64,000 bases of DNA from Paraspadella gotoi (lineage: Eukaryota; Animalia; Chaetognatha), in assembly GCA_051294375.1 (NCBI GenBank), contig CM119269.1:15635918-15699917 (forward strand). The letters run 5' to 3'. Shown piece after piece: positions 50,586-64,000 of this stretch. Position numbers and translations under genes: made by a program. Numbering within the stretch: position 1 is the first letter of the stretch; the number at the start of each line of letters is the position of its first letter. The notes under the pieces are model-generated. The model did no database searches. It was given only the letters and a program-made list of their open reading frames with translations, and was not told the DNA's origin.

Positions 50586-51301
50586 NNNNNNNNNNNNNNN
50601 NNNNNNNNNNNNNNNNNNNNNNNNNNNNNNNNNNNNNNNNNNNNNNNNNNNNNNNNNNNNNNNNNNNNNNNNNNNNNNNNNNNNNNNNNNNNNNNNNNNN
50701 NNNNNNNNNNNNNNNNNNNNNNNNNNNNNNNNNNNNNNNNNNNNNNNNNNNNNNNNNNNNNNNNNNNNNNNNNNNNNNNNNNNNNNNNNNNNNNNNNNNN
50801 NNNNNNNNNNNNNNNNNNNNNNNNNNNNNNNNNNNNNNNNNNNNNNNNNNNNNNNNNNNNNNNNNNNNNNNNNNNNNNNNNNNNNNNNNNNNNNNNNNNN
50901 NNNNNNNNNNNNNNNNNNNNNNNNNNNNNNNNNNNNNNNNNNNNNNNNNNNNNNNNNNNNNNNNNNNNNNNNNNNNNNNNNNNNNNNNNNNNNNNNNNNN
51001 NNNNNNNNNNNNNNNNNNNNNNNNNNNNNNNNNNNNNNNNNNNNNNNNNNNNNNNNNNNNNNNNNNNNNNNNNNNNNNNNNNNNNNNNNNNNNNNNNNNN
51101 NNNNNNNNNNNNNNNNNNNNNNNNNNNNNNNNNNNNNNNNNNNNNNNNNNNNNNNNNNNNNNNNNNNNNNNNNNNNNNNNNNNNNNNNNNNNNNNNNNNN
51201 NNNNNNNNNNNNNNNNNNNNNNNNNNNNNNNNNNNNNNNNNNNNNNNNNNNNNNNNNNNNNNNNNNNNNNNNNNNNNNNNNNNNNNNNNNNNNNNNNNNN
51301 N
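50586..51301. other. Assembly gap, probably an unresolved ~40-bp tandem repeat or a false gap at a contig overlap
   Basis: The N-run is flanked on both sides by GATTTGAGGGATGGAGAGATGGAAG and CAGGGATGGAGAAAT. Confidence 0.9.
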
Positions 51302-51729
51302 GATTTGAGGGATGGAGAGATGGAAGCAGGGATGGAGAAATAAACTGAAGAATGGAAAGAAGATAGGAGAGATAGAGAAATGAACTTGGCGATGAAAAAG
51401 AAAGTTGAAATTAAGATGGAGATCAAAAAGATAGAAGGACAAAGAGAGACAGGGATAGAAAAATAGATCATCGAAGAAAAGTAAAAAAAAAAGAAAGACT
51501 AGAGAAAAAAAATTGCTAAATTCGTTTTGGAGGAAAGAAAAGAAAATTGACGGTGTTTCCACGATTGAAGGAAATGGAAATTGTATGGGTTGAAGATAAG
51601 AAAATGGATATATTCTCAGTGAGTGGCTTCTTCTAAAAAAACTCAATGGTCTTCGATCAACCTGTTAACTTTTTTTTTTTATTAAATTTCACCTCAATTT
51701 TTGAACATTTTTTCAACTTAATTCTTTCT

Positions 51730-52370
51730 TTATTTTTTTACTTTCAAGTTTCAACTCCATTTTAATTTATCCTCTCTTCATTTTCCCCTTATTTAAACTC
51801 ATCCTTTCTTCATTTTTTACTTTTCAACTTCGTTTTAATTTATCCCTCTTCATTTTCCCTTATTTAACTTCACTCTCTTTTACATTCTATTCCTTTTCTT
51901 ATTCTTCTACTTCATTTTTTTTTATTTCACTCCATTTATCTACCTCTCTTATTTCCCTTATTTAACTTCATCCTTTCTTCATCTTTTTACTTTCAACTCC
52001 ATTTTAATTTATCCTCTCTTCATTTTTCCCCTATATTTAAACTTCTCCTTTTCTTCATCTTTTTACTTTCACCTTCGTTTTAATTTATCTCTCTTCATTT
52101 TCCCCTTATTTAACTTCATCCTTTCTTCATTTTTTACTTTCAACCTCATTTTAATTAATCCTCTCTTCATTTTCCCCTTATTTAACTTCATCCTTTCTTC
52201 ATCTTTTTACTTTCAACTCCATTTTAATCTATCCTCTCTTCATTTTCCCCTTATTTAACTTCATCCTTTCTTCATCTTTCTACTTTCAACTCCATTTTAA
52301 TTTATCCTCTCTTCATTTTCCCCATATTTAACTTCATCCTTTCTTCATCTTTTTACCTTCAACTTCATAT
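51730..52370. repeat. Pyrimidine-rich tandem array, ~73-bp unit x ~9
   Basis: Unit ATCTTTTTACTTTCAACTCCATTTTAATTTATCCTCTCTTCATTTTCCCCTTATTTAACTTCATCCTTTCTTC; starts at 52201 and 52274 are 73 apart. Confidence 0.92.
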
Positions 52371-53349
52371 TTTTTTCTCGTTTCGTTTCACTTCCTAACT
52401 TCAGCTTCGGACGTTCACGATTCACGGATTTATTCTCAAGGTTTTTTTCTCACCATTGGGAGGTCGATTCCATTCTGCCAGTCACCGTTAGGGAGGTCGA
52501 TGCCATTCTGCCAGTCACCGGTTAAATCGTTAAGAGGCAGCCATTCTGTGATTGCCAGTTTTACACCGTTGCGAGAGTATAATTTGTTTATAAATGGTAA
52601 TAATAATAAACTAAATTCTGGTGGCCGAATAATTAAATTTTATACCGACCATGATGGAAAAAAAAATATACCGCGGTTAGGAAAAATTAGTTAATATCAT
52701 TGTCAAATGTTTTAGATGGAGTAAACAACTCACGTTATTATTAATATTCTATCTTTAACATAATATATTTGATTAGATTTGTGGTGAGAAAAAGAGATTG
52801 ATCCCATACTATTACTAAGCTTTTTTCAATATGATTATGAACTATCTTTCATAGTTTACAAAATGTTTTATATTTTAACAAGGGATTGAACCCAGGATTA
52901 TTTAGCCTGCTCAGCCATTGGGATGAGGCTGGGGACAGATAACAGTGAAGCAGCTTTAAGTCGTGCTGCCACATTACTAGGATTTCGGTGCACTAAAAAA
53001 GAAGAAATCCAGACAGAAAGATTGTCGTCTCCGCGCAATTTAAAAAAAAACAAAAAAAACTAAAGTCACCAATTCCCATAATCAGACGATTAGATAAACT
53101 GCTTGAGAACGAAGAGAGAAATTCCCTTTAATTAATTTCACGTTGAGATAGGGAAAAGAAAAACGTTGGACATTGGTGATTTCACGGTTTAATCAGTTTT
53201 AATCAGTTTTAATCAGTTTTAATCAGTTTTAATCATTTCGAACGACCGAGTTGAAAGACTTCGTTTCGCGTGTACTCGGTTTTTTTTTTTAATTCGGGCT
53301 GCAGCTGGACGGGGGGAGGACATCACGGCCGCGCTCATCGCAGTGGACG

Positions 53350-53385
<36 letters not shown>

Positions 53386-56155
53386 CTCCATAGCTATTAT
53401 CCAATTCCGAATAAAAGAGGTTTTCATATTCACGCTTCAAAGGGGAGGAAGTCGACAATGGTTTTCCGCTGAAACTGAGAAAAGAACAACAAACCACAAC
53501 AACAACGACGTCGAGTGAAACGCGCCATCTCTCGGCTGAATTTTTTTTTTTTTTTTGAGCGCCGGCGTTACGACGCGTACGTATAGTGCTGTACTGGATA
53601 CTGGGAACGCTGAACAACATTTATGAAAATACGGGAAATTTAGTTCTTTTGCTTCGTAATATTGTAAAGTCGCTCCTTATTTTGGTTTCACTGATTTTCA
53701 AATATTAGAAAAGAAATATAAGGTTTAGGTTTAGTTCAATTTCATGCATTCTAGAATCAACCTTCTAAAAATTCTCATTCTTAAAAAAAAAAAAAAAACT
53801 CAAATGAAAAAGACAATGTCATTCCCAACCCTCCAAAGAAAAAAAAGAAAGAAAAACACCCTTTCACATCGGAAACAGGGAATTCTGCCCTCATCGAGGT
53901 AAAATAAAGAGAAAACGATCCGAGAACATTTTTACCCCTTTAGGATCCATCAAACTCCACCCCCCCCCCCCTCTTACCCCCAACTTCGACTCCCCCCTCG
54001 TACCCCAACTCCACCCCTCCCCCCTCGTACCCCAACCCCTTCAAAAAAAAAAGAAAAGGCGTTAAGTCTCCATCGAGAAGACGTTCGCCTTCGCCGAATT
54101 GGGGCGTCGAAATTCTTTCGTCGTCGCCTTAAGCGCCAGTTTTTTTTTTCATTGTTCTCGATTCGTTTCAACACCACCACTCCTGATAACAGCCCCGATA
54201 TCGTCCGTTTCATTGTCACCACAGATTTAACCCTGGCTTTAATCCTGGCGACCACCGACTTTCTTGGTCAAGGGTGTCGATGATAGTATAATCACTATTA
54301 ACCACTATCTAAGAGGTGGTCACTTCGGGGTGGGCAGTTATGATGAAACCCAAGCGAAGCCCATTTTTTGGCCAAAATTGGTGGTTTTTGCCAAAAGATT
54401 TGTGACAATGACAAAAACTTTCCAGGATTGGCGTTGAAAGCCAAAAACGAAAGATCAGCAACCAAAGACCACGACGATTCAAACTGCTGTCAATTGCAAT
54501 CCTTGCTGGCTTCAATCAACTGACCTGACCTGACCTGACCTGAGATGACCTGACCTTACCTGACCGTACCATCGTTGATATACTACCAAGAAGCCACTTT
54601 TCTCGTCCACCTTTTTACCCGACACCAATGACACAATCTCCCGATCCACAGACTTACCTTTTTTTTCCCTCTCCACCCTAAGGTTTTCGCCATCAGTCTT
54701 TTTCCTTTATTTCTTTCCCGATACAAATCTCCTTCCCCTGACGCGCGGATCCGATCGACCACACCCACACTCGTACCCACACCGTCGCCCACACCGTCCC
54801 CCACACCTTCTTCAAATCCAGACGTCTTAATTAAAACACCTTCCAGACCACCTTTACCACCTCTCTTAACGCCACCAACCCCAAGCCTCTCTTTTTTTTT
54901 ATCTTTCTCTCTCTCTCTCTCGAATCGAAGCCCTTTCCCCTTAATTACCATCATGAATCATTTCTTATGAGAAGCCACTTTGCGAAATTGCCTTCCAATT
55001 CTCCGGCTTCCACGCGAAACTTCCGCTTTTCTCCTTCGGCCTTTTATTCTTTTAAAAACCTCCTTTGGCCGATTCGAACCTCCTTCTCCCCTTCCCGAAC
55101 CTCTCCCCTTGCACCGACTCTCGTATTTCCTTCTGATCCCAGCATCGCTTAGCTCTGACTATGTCCGTCCAGCACTTCCCAGCACCGTCTCGCACCGCCC
55201 GTCCCCGTTCTATTTAAACCGTTGACAAACTTTCCCGGCCCTGCACTCTCTGCTTGTTTCTTTTTCAATCTCCTTCCTTCAACCAGTAAAAAAAATTTAT
55301 TATTCAATAAACAAGAGAGCTTAGTCTTCTGACTTTCGACAAGTTATGGTCGGTTAAAGCCTCCAACCCACATAAACAATGTGTTCCCTAACGTATTTTT
55401 TGTCCAAACTATCGCTGTACCTTTGTACAGCCCCCCCCCTACTCCCATTTTGACATTTTCCTTCTTCTTTGTTGGAGCCTATCGCGCCATTTTGTCTTTT
55501 CCCCCGTCGCGTCCATTGAATCTCCCAATCATCGTCACGAGAAGAATTCTATTTCCTCAAACTTACTCCGAATAACCATCTCCCAATAACTCCTGCAATG
55601 TATCGCGGTACAAATCCTCTTTTTAAAGAAATTTTCAGCGGCGGCTGCGGTTGCCGTCTGCGCGGCGGCTGCTGTCGGCGGCAGAGGCTGCTCGGGCGCA
55701 ATCTTCTCGGAAAAAAAATTTTTTTCCTGAATTTTTACTTCTTCCATTTCGCGCTGCCAGTGACTGCCTCGTTCCTCGAAAGATGGCGTCGTCGACGGTG
55801 ATGACGACGATGACGACGAGGAAAAAAACAGATGGTGACGACGATGACGACGAGGAAAAAAACAGATGGTGACGACGATGTCCATAAGACAATGACAAAC
55901 AAATTCATAGATAAACTAAACTAAAGATGGTAACGATTACGAGAACGATCCTCGTCCCAATTTTGAGGCTGGCAATGAGGCCAGTCGACAGCAATGACCA
56001 ATGACTAATAGACCATAAAGCCTCAATCACAAGGCGACACTGATCTGTGGTCACAACGACGGAAGGTGACAAAAACGGACAGCCACTGCGGAGCCGACGG
56101 ACGAAAAGACCATGAGAAAGCCCACCATCGCCCCCCCCACGAAATCGACTACCAC

Positions 56156-56200
<45 letters not shown>

Positions 56201-56616
56201 TCCTCTCTCTCTCTCTCTCTCTCTCTTTGAAGCGCAGACGATTTCCCCTCCATCTTCTCAATTTGCGACGCGACACAAAAAAATGAAATCCACGGGTTTT
56301 CTTCGCAATTTCTTTCGTTAAATTGTCTTCGCAGATGGCGCTCCTCGCACGCGGCAAAATTCGAAGAGTAAAATCGATAAACGCGAATTTTTTTTTCTTT
56401 GTCAGAAATGTGGTCGCTTCTCGCTTCTGAATATACTATCTAGGAAAAAAGTATATGACATTTTTAATAACTTTAGGATATCTACTCGAAAACTTGTTTG
56501 ATTTTAAAAAAATCAAAATGTTTCTAAATCTACATTGTGTTTTTTTTCTTTTTGTTTCGTTGTGATTTGGTTTAGAACAAAGTTTGAAGAGAGATTTAAC
56601 AACTTGTGATTGAATT

Positions 56617-56658
56617 GGCGCTGAAGAAGACTCGTATGTGAGTCGAAACATGTCCGTT
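56617..56658 (+). ncRNA. Minimal type I hammerhead ribozyme motif (Penelope pLTR type)
   Basis: GGCG-CTGAAGA-A-GACTC-GTATGT-GAGTC-GAAAC-AT-GTC-CGTT, with AATAAA ~10 nt downstream. Enclosed by a 33-bp inverted repeat (56571-56603 / 56678-56710). Confidence 0.8.
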
Positions 56659-57267
56659 TCACTATGAAATAAAAATCGTTGTTAAATCTTTCTTCAAACT
56701 TTGTTCTAAATCTACATTAAATTTTCTTTCAGTAGCTCCCTTTTTTTTTTTGTAGGTGAAATCGTTTAAAAGTTAGAGGCAAAAAAATATTGTTACTTCG
56801 AATAAAAAATGTCAAAAAAAATTATAGTTTTCTACCATTTTTGGTATATAATAATTTGTTTTTATTTTGAATAGTTATTTTTTTAAAAAAAATTTAATTT
56901 GGTAATGCTAAATGCCTTGCACCTTTTTTTGGGTTAAAGTGTTATTATAGCTCTCAGAAAAGAGTAAAAGATGTGCAACATCAATATTGGGGCTAAAAAT
57001 AATTGCCCTAAAGATGGGGAAAAATATTTTACTGTCATACCTCAATTTGCTGTATGAGAGCATGCCCAGATGAATGCAGGCAGTAGTCAATGCCAAGGAA
57101 GGGCATACCAAATATTGAGAATGTTTTACCCATGTTTTGTTTACTTTTTATTGAATAAATGAATTATGTTATATACTTTTTTCCTAGATAGTATTAGGGT
57201 TAGGAAATTAAAATTAGCTTTGGCATTAATTGTGGAAAGAAGGACTTGTCCAATACATTTCTGCATT

Positions 57268-57313
<46 letters not shown>

Positions 57314-57590
57314 ATTTTTTCTTCGTTTTCGTCTCATCTTCAAAATTTTTTAAATTTCAATTCATAAAATGTTTCCCGCTATTTTCAATCTTATTCCTCG
57401 AATTTAGTAATAAAAAAAAGAATAGAAATGATAAATAAAAACAAAATAGGAAAAAAAAATTTCTATTTGTCTTATTGTGGCAGTCTTTCTATCATTCTTT
57501 TTGTAAGTATATCTAAGAGAAGCTCAAATAAAGTTTAAATGGTTTCCGTCGGGTTTATAAAAATGGCGGTGTCAACGCGACGCCCGAGGT

Positions 57591-57640
<50 letters not shown>

Positions 57641-58236
57641 AGAGAGAGAGGAGGAGAGAGAGAGAGAGAGCGCCACGTCATAGTCAACTAGTTCATCTTA
57701 AATATCATTATTCCTCGTATTCGCCATCATCATCTTCGTCATCATCATCATCATCATCATCATCATCTATCTCATCATCATCATCATCATCATCTCATCA
57801 CATCTCGTCCTGGTCTTTCTTGCGCGACTCGCGTTGAAAGAAAAGAGGATTCGTTGAGGGGCGAAGGTCGACCGACCTTTTTCTTTCACGCGAATCACGG
57901 AAATCATTTCCTTTCGTTGAGAGCAAGAGCGATAGCGAGAGCGAGAGGCTTCCCTTTTATCGTCATTGCCAACAATAATCTGTTTTATAATATTAATAAT
58001 ATATTTTAAATCTAAAAAATAAAAAAAAAAGATAGTGAAACAAGTAATTTTGCAACTTTCATGTATTATCATCATTATCATCACAGATGAATAAAAACTC
58101 GGAATCAGAGAAAAGGATTAAGGAAGAAGATTCTGAAATGATTTCCAACAGAATTCTGGAAGCCAAATCCCGAAGAGGAAAAGAAGGTTCCAGAAGAGGA
58201 AGAGGAGGATTCCGGAAAAGGAAACTGACTTCGTCG

Positions 58237-58295
<59 letters not shown>

Positions 58296-58888
58296 TCAGC
58301 AATCATCATCGTCATCAAAATTTTCATCGTCATCATCATAGTCATCAATCATCATCATCGCCAAAACCATAGACAATGACAACGACATCATTGCCATTTT
58401 TTCTCGCCCACAGATGTCTCAACAATTCCCGCATAAATAATGTAAATACATCGCGTCTGACGTCGAAAGAGGAGATCACCGCTTATCTATTTTCCTCAGG
58501 CGTCGAAATTGATTGACTCTTCCCCGTCGTCGTCGTCGTCGTCTTCCTCGTCGTCGTCGTCGTCGTCGTCCTCCCCGTCGTCGTTGTCGTCGTCGTCATC
58601 GTCTGTCGTTTGTCTCCCGTAAACAAAATTGGGTCAAGGATGGTTGGGTGCTATTGGAAATTTTAAACAGGCGCTATTTTACGAAAGCGACCCTTTTCTG
58701 TTCCTACGTATATCTACCAAATCTTTAAACCAACTAAACATAATTCTTAACACTTACCCTTATCCCGAAACTCTGATTCGTAATAAAATCCAAACCTAAC
58801 CCAAATCTTTTAACCTAATTGTTTGGCTTAAAAAATAAAAGGTAATTCTGAACCTGAGCAGAAATGGAAAGGTTTAAAAGGAGATATA

Positions 58889-59061
58889 CCGTCGCTCAAA
58901 AAGCCTTCCCCCTGGGGCGATTGAAACGCTAAAAAAAACTATCCCCCCTAAGGGTATACCTAGGTGAATAGTTTTTGTATACCTCCAGAGACTATCCCGA
59001 GGAAAGACCCCCTGACGTCGCCCCTCGCCACACGCCAGGGGAAAGGCTTTTATTCTGACGG
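58889..59061. mobile_element. Small foldback MITE-like element (~173 bp)
   Basis: TA|CCGTC..AAAAGCCTTCCCCCTGG ... CCAGGGGAAAGGCTTTT..GACGG|TA: interrupted ~30-bp TIRs with TA flanks. Confidence 0.55.
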
Positions 59062-59635
59062 TATAATTGTTTAAAATGCCCACTCTTTTAAACACAAATT
59101 TTACATTTTCAAGGTCTTTCTGTGCAATTGCATCGACACGAATGTTAATTTCGAAAGAAGAAAAAGAAAAATTTTAGGTGAAAACTGAAGACCATCGGCG
59201 TCTGGTCAAATCGAAGATGTGAAGTCGGAACTTTGACGTTTGAACCTAACGACGAAAAAGAAAGATCTAATTGGTATATTAAAAATTTCCCGTTAAGTTA
59301 TATTTTGTATTATTTATGGGAATATTGAAAGTGATAAAGGATTCCATTAGTCATGCATAACAATAATCAAGTAAAATATTGGCTATTATTGGCGACAAAA
59401 ATTTGAAAATTCATTAAAAATATACATAATGATAATAAAGTATCAAGAAATCTCTTTTTTTCTTCCTGATTATGGAATCCGACCCAAATGTGAAAAGCAA
59501 AATTGCGATAAAATTATCATCAAGGTACAATGGGAACGTTAATCTTAGTCGTTGCGAAGCCGAGGCGCAATAACAAAAACAATTAAAACGGGAATTTGTT
59601 TTCTGTTATTCTCGTTAAAAGTTTTTGTATCGTCT

Positions 59636-59668
<33 letters not shown>

Positions 59669-60253
59669 TCGTCTTCGTCTTTACGCACGGCATGCTTTTG
59701 ATTTTGTCAACATCGAAATTTGGCTTCGTTCACGGAGCGAGAAAGAAAAAAAAAGATGGGATTAAAATTTTGAAATCTTTTTTTAAACGAAGAAAAAAAA
59801 TAGGGGAGGGGCTAAAAGGAGGAAGAGGAGGGGTAGGAGGAGGAGGAGGAAGAGGTGAAGGAGGTGGACGCGAAGAAGGCGGAGGAGGCGTCTTGTCCGA
59901 AAATTCGGGCGGATTTAAAAAAAGAGGAAAAATCATTAAATTTGGAAAAGGGAGGAAATTGTTATGGGTGTTTGACAATGACGTTGACGACGACGACGAC
60001 GACGACGACGACGAAAACATTCTTCTCAAACGCCTCCGTTCCCTTTTTTGAATTCATTTCCTTTTCTCGTGTCATCTTCTTCCTTCCTTCGCTTAAATTT
60101 CTTCCTCTCCTTCTTCATCGACTCATCTTCTTCCCTCTATTTTTAATTCTACTTCTCATTCTCCTTCTCTCGCCTTCACCCTACTTCTTCGAGCGTGATT
60201 GCCCTAATTTCCATACTATAACCGCCTTCAAATTAAGTGATTTAAATTCGGAC

Positions 60254-60299
<46 letters not shown>

Positions 60300-63200
60300 A
60301 GAAGACACGAAGAGAGAAGAGCAGAGAAAAGAGAGAGAGAGAAAGCCGGTCAGAAGAAATGGATTAAAAAAGATTGGATTTTGGTATGAGAAAGAAAAAT
60401 AAATGGCAGATGTCTAAAATATGAGGAGAGACGCAACGTGAGATATCAATTACATATACATTGTATAATGTAAATACATAGTAAATACAATAATGGAATA
60501 TAAATCTAATATATAATATACAAATATTAAGAATTTGCAGTCCAGTATCCTCTCTCTCTCTCTCCGTAACTCGTCTTCAATCTACTCTCTCTCTCTTCTA
60601 TATTCTCCTTATTTATACCTTGATTTCAAATCTCATACAATCTGTCTCCTCTCTCAATCTTTCTCTTTCCTCTCTTCCTTTCGAAACTAGTTCATATCAT
60701 TCCAGTGATTTTTCTTTATGGTAATTTTTGCGAGCGATACTCAAGGTGAATGAAGAAGAATAGCAAATGCACCAAAACTGATTGAATAATTAACTAATGA
60801 TGAATTAATGAGTAGATTGTGTAGTTTCTTAAATTTCCCGGTTCTTGTGTCTAATGAGTTTTCCTCCCACACCCAAAAAAGTAAGCGAAAATTTTTTAAG
60901 AATAATTGTAATAATAGAAATTCATAACTAACATAATGTTAATTTTTTAAGGATAACTATAATAAATTAAAGAGATATTAAAATGATTGGACATCTTAAG
61001 GTACATCATAATCCAAAAAAATCGATATCATACATTGTCAGAATGATAGGAGTAAAGCAAATAAATAAATTACTACTACTCAATTTTTTAATATTTATTA
61101 AAATAAAATGCCATTCAAGGAAGTTACCAATTGAAATTGATTGTGATTTTATGTCACAGATAAAGAGTTTATTCAATCGTCGAAGATTACAACCAGATAT
61201 TTGTCAAAAAACCTGTCCAACCAATATCCCATTCTAAACTTAATTTATTTTCAATATTTTGGCCAATCCCAGCCGCTCAAAATAAAAAATGAAACTCATA
61301 AAAAGTGTATGATAAGAGATAATATAACCAAAAACCTGATAAAAAAGCACTTTATGATATGTACGAATGAAACGGAATTTCCCCAAAAAATGTGTTTGAT
61401 TTGATGTTAGTTGTCCCTCCCCGACGAACAAACTGAAATACGAGAAGGTCTAGTGCTTGTTTTGACCGCTACCAATGTTCAAACAAATAGAACTTAACCG
61501 AAATAAGCACAAACTATTTCGCCTGACACCCTTTATTGGCAAAATTACTATTGCTAAATTAAAATGTAATTTTAATGTTTTACCCTAATAATACGGTAAA
61601 AATAGAGAACAAAACCGTAAAAATGAATTGTCTTTGCCGTGGTTAAAAGATAAATGGAAAGTCATGTTTATTTTTTTTTAAATATACACATGTTTAACGT
61701 TTCCGTTTGCACAATCGAAAAAACGCATTATCAAATAGGTCATGTTTTTCTCGACAATTGATTTACTGAAATAGAGTAAAAAAAAATAAAAATAATAAAG
61801 TAAAATTTTTCAAAAAAAAACGAAAACAATCACGCAATGGTAGATCGTACAAAGAGTAAGAGTAGTAAAGTATATAAAGATTGATTAAAGAAAAAAGGAG
61901 AAATTAACCTAAATTAACAATAGAAAATGAGCAAGAAAGAAATTAAGCATGGAAACAACATGACCCAACTTTACGTGCAACCGGATAGACTTAATATTCT
62001 CCTTTTCGATCTCTATCATCGATGAGTCAAGATAATTGCGATACATATACGTTTCGCATGCGTCTTAAAACCAGACGATCCTCCTTGATAAAGAAGACGA
62101 GGAGAGAAGAGATGCGGTTTGTCGGTCATTTTTGCGGACAGTCAGTCGTTCTATATCCGCTCGTTTTGACGTCGTCTTCGATTTGTGACGTCAAGAGAAG
62201 AGAGGAGAAATATAGAGGATTGCAGAGAGAGAAGAGAGAGAGAGAGTGAGAGAAGTATCAAAGTCCCTGGTTTTTTAAATTCCCTCCCTTTTGCTTTTTT
62301 GTTAACCGGTACTTTCTATCGCAGCGAGGTTGGAGTGAGTCAAATTCTTCGTCGTCAGTTTATTGTTCTTCCTCAAATTCATTCGTAAACATTTTAAGAA
62401 TATGGGATCTTCGTCAGCTCGGGTGCATTATCGTCGACGTCGGTTAAGTTTGTCGTCTTAACGTTTTAGTGCGGTCTTCGTGTCCTGTCTCAAATATTTT
62501 CTAAAGAGAACGAATTAGAAGGGAAAGGTCTAACGACGTTCCAATCATACGTAACGAAATACCTCTTACAGTAGTTCTTATCTCTTCCCTCCGTTTCTCC
62601 ATTATGAAACTATCGATCGATTTAAATTTGAGACTCGGTGTGATCCTCCTTTGTTGTGTTGTTCGTCTCCGTTTTTCCTGAATTGAAATATCATAACCAA
62701 ACCAAGGACATTTCATTATCAAATATCAGTCAAGGAACCGTGCCTACGTACAGTCCCGAAAGGGGCCCCCATCTGCTGGTTCTCTGCAATTGCAGAACAA
62801 AACATACCCACCTCCTATCTCCTGTACCACCGCGCTCAACTTCGACTACGTACTCCGATCTCCTCTCCATTTCTAATCTGGCCTACCCCCAACCCCGCTC
62901 TAAAAACCACAAAATTGACGATGAACAATCGGTAACCCCATCTTGCTAAGATTTCCCGTAAACGTCTTAGTCTGCCATTCTTTTCATAAAAATGATATCC
63001 CCGAGGGTTCGTGGCGCGAGAAGAAGAAATAAACGGCCTACCGAGTCGGATTGAAAAAACCTAAAGTTTCTGAACTGAATTTTCTAACGCTGACTCCTCA
63101 ACTAAAACTAAACTTAGTAAAAGACTGAGCCATTCAAATCTCCAGTTGTCTGCGATTCCCGTTTGGTTTAGTCTCCTTAATTAGTGTTTATATTCGGAAG

Positions 63201-64000
63201 CGCTCCCGTTGTTCTAGCACGCGATACCTAGAATAGCGGATCAATGCGCAGTCCATATAATATATCATAGAAACTCATTGTCCGTGTCGATGATTTCTGA
63301 AGATACTGACAGTGGAATTGGACTCCCCCAATTTCCATATCGCCCGCGTTGCTAACGAAAGTAATAAGTCCAATAAAAGGTCTTGACTAAAAAATATAAC
63401 TGCAGATAACAAACCACAGCCCGCTCTGGCTGTCTGAATAGCTTGATTATTTAGAACTACCCACTCCTTATGCTCTTAGTTCTAGATTTTTCTTTTGCAA
63501 GGGTACCTTATTTCTACCCGTTGTGCTATATTGTAATTAAGTGTTGCCCAAATAAAAATATACAAGCGATCATGCCACTGGATTAATTCGCGATTCTGTT
63601 AGGGTTAGAACCTATCTTTTTAAGCAAAGCATTCGTGAACTTCAGATGCACAGATTAAAAATTGGAGAGAGACAGAAGGATACACGGAAAATAGAGAACG
63701 GAGTGACCACAAATGTGACTGCCACTTAACCGAAGACGGATTAACCCGTCCAACCCGAATTTTTAAGAATCGTCCCAATGAAATTCCCGAGAGAAATAGT
63801 AGAAAAGTGCGCGGAAGCACAAGAAAAGAACGAAAAGGAAAGAAAAAGACGAGGAGCCTGAAAGACAAATAAAATACTCAAAATATAAATATAATTAGAA
63901 AGAAACTGATTTAACAAAGAAAGAGATGAGGGGGAAGGGGGCAAAACGCCAAGTGGAAACCCGAACAGGGGGTTAAAAGAGAGCCGTGTTCCGGGAGTAT

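Noticed and set aside
50480-51646. ORFs of 245-388 aa
   Set aside because: They run through the N gap.
52880-52925. tRNA/SINE remnant on the minus strand (TGGCTGAGCAGG ... GGGTTCAATCCC)
   Set aside because: A and B boxes are too close for a tRNA and there is no second copy or tail; too weak to call.
57563-57590. Possible first coding exon ATGGCGGTG...GAG|GTAAAA
   Set aside because: No in-frame downstream exon found; the nearest good acceptor (~58499) leads quickly to stops or a repeat.

Overview
AT-rich, microsatellite-dense animal (invertebrate-like) genomic DNA with one assembly gap (50586-51301). Most entries in the ORF track are artefacts of (GA)n, (GAC)n and (CAT)n repeats. Two spliced genes can be built by hand, both on the minus strand. 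(1) A 6-coding-exon gene (22573-14938, ~655 aa) encodes a secreted protein with a signal peptide, four copies of a 12-cysteine module I do not recognise (arranged A-B-A-B), Trp/Lys-rich linkers and a His/Gly-rich tail. (2) A 3-exon gene (43172-39257, ~792 aa) encodes an XK-related multi-pass membrane protein that is unusually long. Non-coding highlights: a complete TRIM (4675-5377) with a tRNA-like A/B-box cassette in each LTR, nested in a Tc1-type MITE; three minimal type I hammerhead ribozyme motifs of the Penelope pLTR kind, one sense-oriented in an intron of gene 1; at least three Helentron/HINE-like families sharing one head architecture; several TA-flanked MITEs; a ~1.7 kb inverted duplication; two minisatellite arrays; and a GC-rich, densely base-paired island at ~8.9-9.1 kb. 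All calls come from reading the sequence; no database search was run.
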